Below, one piece after another: positions 15,001 through 29,392 of a DNA stretch of 64,000 bases. Under the pieces are notes generated by a model. The model was given only the letters and a program-made list of their open reading frames with translations. It had not been told where the DNA came from and did no database searches. Position 1 is the stretch's first letter, and every line of letters starts with the position of its first letter. The stretch spans positions 278,814,001 to 278,878,000 of the forward strand of contig OZ024743.1 of assembly GCA_964016885.1 (NCBI GenBank), read 5' to 3'. Made by a program: the position numbers and the translations under genes. The DNA comes from Eledone cirrhosa (lineage: Eukaryota).

Positions 15001-18000
15001 CCTCCACTACTCACTACTACCAACAGTACCCCTTCCAACGCAGCTAACAACACCGCGACTACTCACTATTAACAACAATAACCCTTCCAACGCAGCTAAC
15101 AACACCGCCACTACTCACTACTACCAACAATAGCCCTTCCAACGCAGCAAACAACACCGCCACTACTCACTACTACCAACAGTACCCCTTCCAACGCAGC
15201 TAACAACACCGCGACTACTCACTATTAACAACAATAACCCTTCCAACGCAGCTAACAACACCGCCACTACTCACTACTACCAACAATACCCCCTTTCAAC
15301 GCAGCTAACAACACCTCCACTACTCACTACTACCAACAATAGCCCTTCCAACGCTGCAAACAACACCGCCACTACTAACTACAACAAACAGTAACCCTTC
15401 CACCGCAGCTAACAACACCGCCACTATTCACTACTACCAAAAATACCCCTTCCAACGCAGCTAACAACACCGCCACTACTCACTACTACCAGCAATACCC
15501 CTTCCAACGCAGATAACAACACCGCCACTACTCACTACTACCAACAATACCCCTTCCAACGCAGCTAACAACACCGCCACTACTCACTACTACCAATAAT
15601 AACCCGTCCAACGCAGCTAACAACACCGCCACTACTCACTACTACCAACAATACCCCTTCCAACGCAGCTAACAACACCGCCACTACTCACTACTACCAA
15701 CAATACCCCTTCCAACGCAGCTAACAACACCGCCACTACTCACTATTAACAACAATAACCCTTCCAACGCAGCTAACAACACCGCCACTACTCACTACTA
15801 CCAACAGTACCCCTTCCAACGCAGCTAACAACACCGCCACTACTCACTACTACCAACAGTAACCCTTCCAACGCAGCAAACAACACCGCCACTACTCACT
15901 ACTACCAACAGTACCCCTTCCAACGCAGCTAACAACACCGCCACTACTCACTACTACCAACAATACCCCTTCCAACGCAGCTAACAACACAGCCACTACT
16001 CACTATTAACAACAATAACCCTTCCAACGCAGCTAACAACACCGCCACTACTCACTACTACCAACAATAGCCCTTCCAACGCAGCAAACAACACCGCCAC
16101 TACTCACTACTACCAACAGTACCCCTTCCAACGCAGCTAACAACACCGCCACTACTCACTACTACCAACAATAGCCCTTCCAACGCAGCTAACAACACCG
16201 CGACTACTCACTACTACCAACAATACCCCTTCCAACGCAACTAACAACACCGCCACTACTCACTACTACCAACAATACCCCTTCCAACGCAGCTAACAGC
16301 ACCGCCACTACTCACTACTACCAACAGTACCCCTTCCAACGCAGCTAACAACGCCGCCACTACTCACTACTACCAACAATAGCCCTTCCAACGCAGCAAA
16401 CAACACCGCCACTACTCACTAAAACCAACAATAGCCCTTCCAACGCAGCAAACAACACCGCCACTACTCACTAAAACCAACAATAGCCCTTCCAATGCAG
16501 CTAACAACACCGCCACTACTCACTACTACCAACAATAGCCCTTCCAACGCAGCTAACAACACCGCCACTACTCACTACTACCAACAATAGCCCTTCCAAC
16601 GCAGCTAACAACACCGCCACTACTCACTATTAACAACAATAACCCTTCCAACGCAGCTAACAACACCGCCACTACTCACTACTACCAACAATAGCCCTTC
16701 CAACGCAGCAAACAACACCGCCACTACTCACTACTACCAACAATAGCCCTTCCAACGCAGCTAACAACACCGCCACTACTCACTACTACCAACAATAGCC
16801 CTTCCAACGCAGCTAACAACACCGCCACTACTCACTACTACCAACAATACCCCTTCCAACGCAGCTAACAACACCGCCACTACTCACTACTACCAACAGT
16901 ACCCCTTCCAACGCAGCTAACAACACCGCCACTACTCACTACTACCAACAATAGCCCTTCCAACGCAGCTAACAACACCGCCACTACTCACTACTACCAA
17001 CAATACCCCTTCCAACGCAACTAACAACACCGCCACTACTCACTACTACCAACAATACCCCTTCCAACGCAGCTAACAGCACCGCCACTACTCACTACTA
17101 CCAACAGTACCCCTTCCAACGCAGCTAACAACACCGCCACTACTCACTACTACCAACAATAGCCCTTCCAACGCAGCAAACAACACCGCCACTACTCACT
17201 ACTACCAACAATACCCCTTCCACCGCAGCTAACAACACCGCCACTACTCACTACTAGCAACAGTACCCCTTCCAACGCAGCTAACAACACCGCCACTACT
17301 CACTACTACCAACAGTACCCCTTCCAACGCAGCTAACAACACCGCCACTACTCACTACTACCAACAATAGCCCTTCCGACGCAGCTAACAACCCCGCCAC
17401 TACTCACTACTACCAACAGTACCCCTTCCAACGCAGCTAACAACCCCGCCACTACTCACTACTACCAACAGTACCCCTTCCAACGCAGCTAACAACACCG
17501 CCACTACTCACTACTACCAACAATAGTCCTTCCAACGCAGCAAACAACACCGCCACTACTCACTACTACCAACAATACCCCTCCCAAGGCAGCTAACAAC
17601 ACCGCCACTACTCACTACTACCAACAGTACCCCTTCCAACGCAGCTAACAACACCGCCACTACTCACTACTACCAACAATAGTCCTTCCAACGCAGCAAA
17701 CAACACCGCCACTACTCACTACTACCAACAATACCCCTCCCAAGGCAGCTAACAACACCGCCACTACTCACTACTACCAACAGTACCCCTTCCAACGCAG
17801 CTAACAACACCGCCACTACTCACTACTACCAACAGTACCCCTTCCAACGCAGCTAACAACACCGCGACTACTCACTATTAACAACAATAACCCTTCCACC
17901 GCAGCTAACAACACCGGCACTACTCACTACTACCAACAATAGCCCTTCCAACGCAGCTAACAACACCTCCACTACTCACTACTACCAACAATAGCCCTTC

Positions 18001-21000
18001 CAACGCAGCAAACAACACCGCCACTACTAACTACTACAAACAGTAACCTTTCCACCGCAGCTAACAACACCGCCACTATTCACTACTACCAAAAATACCC
18101 CTTCCAACGCAGCTAACAACACCGCCACTACTCACTACTACCAGCAATACCCCTTCCAACGCAGATAACAACACCGCCACTACTCACTACTACCAACAAT
18201 ACCCCTTCCAACGCAGCTAACAACACCGCCACTACTCACTACTACCAATAATAACCCTTCCAACGCAGCTAACAACACCGCCACTACTCACTACTACCAA
18301 CAGTACCCCTTCCAACGCAGCTAACAACACCGCCACTACTCACTACTACCAACAATACCCCTTCCAACGCAGCTAACAACACCGCCACTACTCACTACTA
18401 CCAACAATACCCCTTCCAACGCAGCTAACAACACCGCCACTACTCACTATTAACAACAATAACCCTTCCAACGCAGCTAACAACACCGCCACTACTCACT
18501 ACTACCAACAGTACCCCTTCCAACGCAGCTAACAACACCGCCACTACTCACTACTACCAACAGTACCCCTTCCAACGCAGCAAACAACACCGCCACTACT
18601 CACTACTACCAACAGTACCCCTTCCAACGCAGCTAACAACACCGCCACTACTCACTACTACCAACAATACCCCTTCCAACGCAGCGAACAACACCGCCAC
18701 TACTCACTATTAACAACAATAACCCTTCCAACGCAGCTAACAACACCGCCACTACTCACTACTACCAACAATAGCCCTTCCAACGCAGCAAACAACACCG
18801 CCACTACTCACTACTACCAACAATACCCCTTCCAACGCAGCTAACAACACCGCCACTACTCACTACTACCAACAATAGCCCTTCCAACGCAGCTAACAAC
18901 ACCGCCACTACTCACTACTAACAACAGTACCCCTTCCAACGCAGCTAACAACACCGCCACTACTCACTACTACCAACAATAGCCCTTCCAACGCAGCTAA
19001 CAACACCGCCACTACTCACTACTACCAACAATAGCCCTTCCAACGCAGCTAACAACACCGCCACTACTCACTACTACCAACAATACCCCTTCCAACGCAG
19101 CTAACAACACCGCCACTACTCACTACTACCAACAATACCCCTTCCTACGCAGCTAACAACACCGCCACTACTCATTACTAACAACAATACCCCTTCCAAC
19201 GCAGCTAACAACACCGCCACTACTCACTACTAACAACAATACATCTTCCAACGCAGCTAACAACACCGCCACTACTCACTACTACCAACAATAGCCCTTC
19301 CAACGCAGCAAACAACACCGCCACTACTCACTACTACCAACAGTACCCCTTCCAACGCAGCTAACAACACCGCCACTACTCACTACTACCAACAGTACCC
19401 CTTCCAACGCAGCTAACAACACCGCCACTACTCACTATTAACAACAATAACCCTTCCAACGCAGCTAACAACACCGCCACTACTCACTACTACCAACAAT
19501 AGCCCTTCCAACGCAGCAAACAACACCGCCACTACTCACTACTACCAACAGTACCCCTTCCAACGCAGCTAACAACACCGCCACTACTCACTACTACCAA
19601 CAATAGCCCTTCCAACGCAGCAAACAACACCGCCACTACTCACTACTACCAACAATACCCCTTCCACCGCAGCTAACAACACCGCCACTACTCACTACTA
19701 CCAACAATACCCCTTCCAACGCAGCTAACAACACCGCCACTACTCACTACTACCAACAGTACCCCTTCCAACGCAGCTAACAACACCGCCACTACTAACT
19801 ACTACCAACAATAGCCCTTCCGACGCAGCTAACAACCCCGCCACTACTCACTACTACCAACAGTACCCCTTCCAACGCAGCTAACAACCCCGCCACTACT
19901 CACTACTACCAACAGTACCCCTTCCAACGCAGCTAACAACACCGCCACTACTCACTACTACCAACAATAGTCCTTCCAACGCAGCAAACAACACCGCCAC
20001 TACTCACTACTACCAGCAGTACCCCTTCCAACGCAGCTAACAACACCGCGACTACTCACTATTAACAACAATAACCCTTCCAACGCAGCTAACAACACCG
20101 CCACTACTCACTACTACCAACAATACCCCTTCCAACGCAGCTAACAACACCGCCACTACTCACTACTACCAACAATAGCCCTTCCAACGCAGCTAACAAC
20201 ACCTCCACTACTCACTACTACCAACAGTACCCCTTCCAACGCAGCTAACAACACCGCGACTACTCACTATTAACAACAATAACCCTTCCAACGCAGCTAA
20301 CAACACCGCCACTACTCACTACTACCAACAATAGCCCTTCCAACGCAGCAAACAACACCGCCACTACTCACTACTACCAACAGTACCCCTTCCAACGCAG
20401 CTAACAACACCGCGACTACTCACTATTAACAACAATAACCCTTCCAACGCAGCTAACATCACCGCCACTACTCACTACTACCAACAATACCCCCTTTCAA
20501 CGCAGCTAACAACACCTCCACTACTCACTACTACCAACAATAGCCCTTCCAACGCTGCAAACAACACCGCCACTACTAACTACTACAAACAGTAACCCTT
20601 CCACCGCAGCTAACAACACCGCCACTACTCACTACTACCAAAAATACCCCTTCCAACGCAGCTAACAACACCGCCACTACTCACTACTACCAAAAATACC
20701 CCTTCCAACGCAGCTAACAACACCGCCACTACTCACTACTACCAAAAATACCCCTTCCAACGCAGCTAACAACACCGCCACTACTCACTACTACCAGCAA
20801 TACCCCTTCCAACGCAGATAACAACACCGCCACTACTCACTACTACCAACAATACCCCTTCCAACGCAGCTAACAACACCGCCACTACTCACTACTACCA
20901 ATAATAACCCTTCCAACGCAGCTAACAACACCGCCACTACTCACTACTACCAACAGTACCCCTTCCAACGCAGCTAACAACACCGCCACTACTCACTACT

Positions 21001-24000
21001 ACCAACAATACCCCTTCCAACGCAGCTAACAACACCGCCACTACTCACTACTACCAACAATACCCCTTCCAACGCAGCTAACAACACCGCCACTACTCAC
21101 TATTAACAACAATAACCCTTCCAACGCAGCTAACAACACCGCCACTACTCACTACTACCAACAGTACCCCTTCCAACGCAGCTAACAACACCGCCACTAC
21201 TCACTACTACCAACAGTAACCCTTCCAACGCAGCAAACAACACCGCCACTACTCACTACTACCAACAGTACCCCTTCCAACGCAGCTAACAACACCGCCA
21301 CTACTCACTACTACCAACAATACCCCTTCCAACGCAGCTAACAACACCGCCACTACTCACTATTAACAACAATAACCCTTCCAACGCAGCTAACAACACC
21401 GCCACTACTCACTACTACCAACAATAGCCCTTCCAACGCAGCAAACAACACCGCCACTACTCACTACTACCAACAGTACCCCTTCCAACGCAGCTAACAA
21501 CACCGCCACTACTCACTACTACCAACAATAGCCCTTCCAACGCAGCTAACAACACCGCCACTACTCACTACTACCAACAATACCCCTTCCAACGCAACTA
21601 ACAACACCGCCACTACTCACTACTACCAACAATACCCCTTCCAACGCAGCTAACAGCACCGCCACTACTCACTACTACCAACAGTACCCCTTCCAACGCA
21701 GCTAACAACACTGCCACTACTCACTACTACCAACAATAGCCCTTCCAACGCAGCAAACAACACCGCCACTACTCACTAAAACCAACAATAGCCCTTCCAA
21801 CGCAGCAAACAACACCGCCACTACTCACTAAAACCAACAATAGCCCTTCCAATGCAGCTAACAACACCGCCACTACTCACTACTACCAACAATAGCCCTT
21901 CCAACGCAGCTAACAACACCGCCACTACTCACTACTACCAACAGTACCCCTTCCAACGCAGCTAACAACACTGCTACTACTAACTACAAACAACAATACC
22001 CCTTCCAACGCAGCTAACAACACCGCCACTACTTACTACTACCAACAGTACCCCTTCCAACGCAGCTAACAACACTGCTACTACTAACTACAAACAACAA
22101 TACCCCTTCCAACGCAGCTAACAACACCGCCACTACTCACTACTACAACAGTACCCCTTCCAACGCAGTTAACAACACCGCCACTACTCACTACTACCAA
22201 CTCTACACCTTCCAACGCAGCTAACAACACTGCTACTACTAACTACAAACAACAATACCCCTTCCAACGCAGCTAACAACACCGCCACTACTCACTACTA
22301 CCAACAGTACCCCTTCCAACGCAGTTAACAACACCGCCACTACTCACTACTACCAACTCTACACCTTCCAACGCAGCTAACAACACTGCTACTACTAACT
22401 ACAAACAACAATACCCCTTCCAACGCAGCTAACAACACCGCCACTACTCACTACTACCAACAGTACCCCTTCCAACGCAGTTAACAACACCGCCACTACT
22501 CACTACTACCAACTCTACACCTTCCAACGCAGCTAACAACACTGCTACTACTAACTACTACCAACAATACCCCTTCCAACGCAGCAAACAACACTGCTAC
22601 TACTCACTACTACCAACAATACCCCTTCCAACGCAGCAAACAACACCGCCACTACTCACTACTACCAACAATACCCCTTCCAACGCAGCTAACAACGCCG
22701 CCACTATTCACTACTACCAGCAATACCCCTTCCAATGTAGCTAACAACACCGCCACTACTCACTACTACCAACAATACACCTTCCAACGCAGCTAACAAC
22801 ACCGCCACTACTCACTACTACCAACAATATGCCTTCCAACGCAGCTAACAACACCGCCACTACTCACTACTACCAACAATATGCCTTCCAACGCAGCTAA
22901 CAACACCGCCACTACTCACTACTACCAACAATACCCCTTCCAACGCAGCTAACAACACCGCCACTACTCACTACTACCAACAATACACCTTCCAACGCAG
23001 CTAACAACACCGCCACTACTCACTACTACCAGCAATACCCCTTCCAATGTAGCTAACAACGCCGCCACTACGCACTACTACCAACAATACCCCTTCCAAC
23101 GCAGCTAACAACACCGCCACTACTCACTACTACCAGCAATATGCCTTCCAACGCAGCTAACAACACCGCCACTACTCACTACTACCAACAATACCCCTTC
23201 CAACGCAGCTAACAACACCGCCACTACTCACTACTACCAGCAATACCCCTTCCAACGCAGCTAACAACACCGCCACTACTCACTACTACCAGCAATATGC
23301 CTTCCAACGCAGCTAACAACACCGCCACTACTCACTACTACCAGCAATACCCCTTCCAACGCAGCTAACAACACCGCCACTACTCACTACTACCAGCAAT
23401 ACCCCTTCCAACGCAGCTAACAACACCGCCACTACTCACTACTACCAGCAATACCCCTTCCAACGCAGCTAACAACACCGCCACTACTCACTACTACCAG
23501 CAATACCCCTTCCAACGCAGCTAACAACACCGCCACTACTCACTACTACCAGCAATACCCCTTCCAACGCAGCTAACAACACCGCCACTACTCACTACTA
23601 CCAGCAATATGCCTTCCAACGCAGCTAACAACACCGCCACTACTCACTACTACCAGCAATACCCCTTCCAACGCAGCTAACAACACCGCCACTACTCACT
23701 ACTACCAGCAATACCCCTTCCAACGCAGCTAACAACACCGCCACTACTCACTACTACCAGCAATACCCCTTCCAACGCAGCTAACAACACCGCCACTACT
23801 CACTACTACCAGCAATACCCCTTCCAACGCAGCTAACAACACCACCACTACTCACTACTACCAACAATACCCCTTCCAACGCAGCTAACAACACCGCCAC
23901 TACTCACTACTACCAACAATAGGCCTTCCAACGCAGCTAACAACACCGCCACTACTCACTACTACCAACAATAGCCCTTCCAACGCTGCTAATAACACCG

Positions 24001-27000
24001 CCACTACTCACTACTACCAACAATACACCTTCCAACGCAGCTAACAACACCGCCACTACTCACTACTACCAACAATACCCCTTCCAACGCAGCTAACAAC
24101 ACCGCCACTACTCACTACTACCAACAGTACCCCTTCCAACGCAGCTAACAACACCGCCACTACTCACTACTACCAACAATACCCCTTCCAACGCAGCTAA
24201 CAACACCGCCACTACTCACAACTACCAACAATACCCCTTCCACCGCAGCTAACAACACCGCCACTACTCACTACTACCAACAGTACCCCTTCCAACGCAG
24301 CTAACAACACCGCCACTACTCACTACTACCAACAATACCCCTTCCAACGCAGCTAACAACACCGCCACTACTCACAACTACCAACAATACCCCTTCCACC
24401 GCAGCTAACAACACCGCCACTACTCACAACTACCAACAATACCCCTTCCACCGCAGCTAACAACACCGCCACTACTCACAACTACCAACAATACCCCTTC
24501 CAACGCAGCAAACAACACCGCCACTACTCACTACTACCAACAGTACCCCTTCCAACGCAGCTAACAACACCGCCACTACTCACTACTACCAACAATACCC
24601 CTTCCAACGCAGCTAACAACACCGCCACTACTCACAACTACCAACAATACCCCTTCCACCGCAGCTAACAACACCGCCACTACTCACTACTACCAACAGT
24701 ACCCCTTCCAACGCAGCTAACAACACTGCTACTACTAACTACAAACAACAATACCCCTTCCAACGCAGCTAACAACACCGCCACTACTCACTACTACCAA
24801 CAGTACCCCTTCCAACGCAGCTAACAACACTGCTACTACTAACTACAAACAACAATACCCCTTCCAACGCAGCTAACAACACCGCCACTACTTACTACTA
24901 CCAACAGTACCCCTTCCAACGCAGCTAACAACACTGCTACTACTAACTACAAACAACAATACCCCTTCCAACGCAGCTAACAACACCGCCACTACTCACT
25001 ACTACAACAGTACCCCTTCCAACGCAGTTAACAACACCGCCACTACTCACTACTACCAACTCTACACCTTCCAACGCAGCTAACAACACTGCTACTACTA
25101 ACTACAAACAACAATACCCCTTCCAACGCAGCTAACAACACCGCCACTACTCACTACTACCAACAGTACCCCTTCCAACGCAGTTAACAACACCGCCACT
25201 ACTCACTACTACCAACTCTACACCTTCCAACGCAGCTAACAACACTGCTACTACTAACTACAAACAACAATACCCCTTCCAACGCAGCTAACAACACCGC
25301 CACTACTCACTACTACCAACAGTACCCCTTCCAACGCAGTTAACAACACCGCCACTACTCACTACTACCAACTCTACACCTTCCAACGCAGCTAACAACA
25401 CTGCTACTACTAACTACTACCAACAATACCCCTTCCAACGCAGCAAACAACACTGCTACTACTCACTACTACCAACAATACCCCTTCCAACGCAGCAAAC
25501 AACACCGCCACTACTCACTACTACCAACAATACCCCTTCCAACGCAGCTAACAACGCCGCCACTATTCACTACTACCAGCAATACCCCTTCCAATGTAGC
25601 TAACAACACCGCCACTACTCACTACTACCAACAATACACCTTCCAACGCAGCTAACAACACCGCCACTACTCACTACTACCAACAATATGCCTTCCAACG
25701 CAGCTAACAACACCGCCACTACTCACTACTACCAACAATATGCCTTCCAACGCAGCTAACAACACCGCCACTACTCACTACTACCAACAATACCCCTTCC
25801 AACGCAGCTAACAACACCGCCACTACTCACTACTACCAACAATACACCTTCCAACGCAGCTAACAACACCGCCACTACTCACTACTACCAGCAATACCCC
25901 TTCCAATGTAGCTAACAACGCCGCCACTACGCACTACTACCAACAATACCCCTTCCAACGCAGCTAACAACACCGCCACTACTCACTACTACCAGCAATA
26001 TGCCTTCCAACGCAGCTAACAACACCGCCACTACTCACTACTACCAACAATACCCCTTCCAACGCAGCTAACAACACCGCCACTACTCACTACTACCAGC
26101 AATACCCCTTCCAACGCAGCTAACAACACCGCCACTACTCACTACTACCAGCAATATGCCTTCCAACGCAGCTAACAACACCGCCACTACTCACTACTAC
26201 CAGCAATACCCCTTCCAACGCAGCTAACAACACCGCCACTACTCACTACTACCAGCAATACCCCTTCCAACGCAGCTAACAACACCGCCACTACTCACTA
26301 CTACCAGCAATACCCCTTCCAACGCAGCTAACAACACCGCCACTACTCACTACTACCAGCAATACCCCTTCCAACGCAGCTAACAACACCGCCACTACTC
26401 ACTACTACCAGCAATACCCCTTCCAACGCAGCTAACAACACCGCCACTACTCACTACTACCAGCAATATGCCTTCCAACGCAGCTAACAACACCGCCACT
26501 ACTCACTACTACCAGCAATACCCCTTCCAACGCAGCTAACAACACCGCCACTACTCACTACTACCAGCAATACCCCTTCCAACGCAGCTAACAACACCGC
26601 CACTACTCACTACTACCAGCAATACCCCTTCCAACGCAGCTAACAACACCGCCACTACTCACTACTACCAGCAATACCCCTTCCAACGCAGCTAACAACA
26701 CCACCACTACTCACTACTACCAACAATACCCCTTCCAACGCAGCTAACAACACCGCCACTACTCACTACTACCAACAATAGGCCTTCCAACGCAGCTAAC
26801 AACACCGCCACTACTCACTACTACCAACAATAGCCCTTCCAACGCTGCTAATAACACCGCCACTACTCACTACTACCAACAATACACCTTCCAACGCAGC
26901 TAACAACACCGCCACTACTCACTACTACCAACAATACCCCTTCCAACGCAGCTAACAACACCGCCACTACTCACTACTACCAACAGTACCCCTTCCAACG

Positions 27001-28343
27001 CAGCTAACAACACCGCCACTACTCACTACTACCAACAATACCCCTTCCAACGCAGCTAACAACACCGCCACTACTCACAACTACCAACAATACCCCTTCC
27101 ACCGCAGCTAACAACACCGCCACTACTCACTACTACCAACAGTACCCCTTCCAACGCAGCTAACAACACCGCCACTACTCACTACTACCAACAATACCCC
27201 TTCCAACGCAGCTAACAACACCGCCACTACTCACAACTACCAACAATACCCCTTCCACCGCAGCTAACAACACCGCCACTACTCACAACTACCAACAATA
27301 CCCCTTCCACCGCAGCTAACAACACCGCCACTACTCACAACTACCAACAATACCCCTTCCAACGCAGCAAACAACACCGCCACTACTCACTACTACCAAC
27401 AGTACCCCTTCCAACGCAGCTAACAACACCGCCACTACTCACTACTACCAACAATACCCCTTCCAACGCAGCTAACAACACCGCCACTACTCACAACTAC
27501 CAACAATACCCCTTCCACCGCAGCTAACAACACCGCCACTACTCACTACTACCAACAGTACCCCTTCCAACGCAGCTAACAACACCGCCACTACTCACTA
27601 CTACCAACAATACCCCTTCCAACGCAGCAAACAACACCGCCACTACTCACTACTACCAACAGTACCCCTTCCAACGCAGCTAACAACACCGCCACTACTC
27701 ACTACTACCAACAATACCCCTTCCAACGCAGCTAACAACACCGCCACTACTCACTACTACCAACAATACCCCTTCCAACGCAGCAAACAACACCGCCACT
27801 ACTCACTACTACCAACAGTACCCCTTCCAACGCAGCTAACAACACCGCCACTACTCACTACTACCAACAATACCCCTTCCAACGCAGCTAACAACACCGC
27901 CACTACTCACTACTACCAACAATACCCCTTCCAACGCAGCTAACAACACCGCCACTACTCACAACTACCTACAATACCCCTTCCAAACCACCTAACAACA
28001 CCGCCACTACTCACTACTACCAACAGTACCCCTTCCAACGCAGCTAACAACACCGCCACTACTCACTACTACCAACAATAGCCCTTACAACGGAGCTAAC
28101 AACACCGCCACTACTCACTACTACCAACAATACCCCTTCCAACGCAGCTAACAACACCGCCACTACTCACAACTACCTACAATACCCCTTCCAAACCACC
28201 TAACAACACCGCCACTACTCACTACTACCAACAGTACCCCTTCCAACGCAGCTAACAACACCGCCACTACTCACTACTACCAACAATAGCCCTTACAACG
28301 GAGCTAACAACACCGCCACTACTCACTACTACCAACAATACCC
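1..28343. repeat. 52-bp satellite DNA array, ~545 monomers, consensus TTCCAACGCAGCTAACAACACCGCCACTACTCACTACTACCAACAATACCCC; runs off the left edge
   Basis: 52-bp periodicity read directly. Only rare 51/53-bp monomers (e.g. 15291, 20491, 22141, 25001). Variation is concentrated in an ~8-nt window. Confidence 0.99.
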
Positions 28344-28344
28344 T

Positions 28345-28860
28345 CCCACCAGTGGCAATACCTCTATGCCCCCCCCCCACCCCCACCACCACTGGCAATA
28401 CCTCTCTGGCCACCCTGGCACCCCCCGCCACTGGCAATACCTCTATGCCCCCCCCCCACTGGCAATACCTCTATGGCCACCCTGTCACCCCCCACCACTG
28501 GCAATACCTCTATGCCCCCCCCCCCACTGGCAATACCTCTATGGCCACCCTGTCACCCCCCACCACTGGCAATACCTCTATGGCCACCCTGCCACCCCTC
28601 CACCACTGGCAATACCTCTATGGCCACCCTGTCACCCCCCACCACTGGCAATACCTCTATGGCCACCCTCTCACCCCCCACCACTGGCAATACTTCTATG
28701 GCCACCCTGTCACCCCTCCACCACTGGCAATACCTCTATGGCCACCCTGTCACCCCCCCACCACTGGCAATACCTCTATGGCCACCCTGTCACCCCCCCC
28801 CCCCACCACTGGCAATACCTCTATTACCACACTAGAACCCCCTACCACCACCACTGGCAC
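28345..28860. repeat. ~39-40-bp C-rich minisatellite (CCACTGGCAATACCTCTATGGCCACCCTGTCACCCCCCA), ~13 copies including ~29-bp short units
   Basis: CTGGCAATAC recurs at 28392, 28431, 28459, 28498, 28527, 28566, 28606, 28645, 28684, 28724, 28764, 28809. Confidence 0.95.
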
Positions 28861-29022
28861 TAGTAATTGAATCATCTTGTGTATGTACGGCCAGTTGAGT
28901 CAGGCTATGTGTAGTGTACCACATCAATTGCCACGAAGTCTATAAATACCACCGGCGGCAGGCGCATCATGTGGTGGTAGGATGGTTGTTCGCCAACACC
29001 ATCCTATTACAACTAACGTCAT

Positions 29023-29310
29023 TAGGAAGTAGATGGGGAGGAAGAGAAAGGGGAGAATGACAAGGAAAAATAGGAGAAGGAAGAGGAGAAGGAGAAGAAA
29101 GCGGAGAAGGAGAAGAAAGAGGAGAATGAGAAGGAGGAGAAGACGGAAGAGAAGGAGAAGTAGGAAGAGGTGAATGAGGAAGGGGAGGGTGAGATGAGGA
29201 AGATGAGGAGGGTGAGGAGGGTGAGGAAGAAGAAGAAGAAGAAGAAGAAGAAGAAGAAGAAGAAGAAGAAAAGGAGGAGGAGGAGGAGGAGGAGGAGGAG
29301 GTGGAGGAAC
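29023..29310. repeat. Polypurine (GAA/GAG)n low-complexity tract
   Basis: Degenerate GAG/GAA triplets leading into pure (GAA)n ~29226-29270 and (GAG)n ~29273-29300. Confidence 0.95.
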
Positions 29311-29392
29311 AGCATCAATATTATCACCACCGCACTTAGGTCAAACATCAAAACTTCCGTAAAGAACATTACAACCGTAACAACGAATACCT

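Noticed and set aside
1-28343. CRISPR-like array (constant repeat plus variable segment)
   Set aside because: The variable part is ~8 nt drawn from a few recurring alleles rather than unique spacers; there are no cas genes and the context is eukaryotic.
1-28343. Mucin-like T/P/N-rich coding repeat
   Set aside because: The unit is not a multiple of 3 and contains TAA, so frames stop about every three monomers; the track shows no ORF here.
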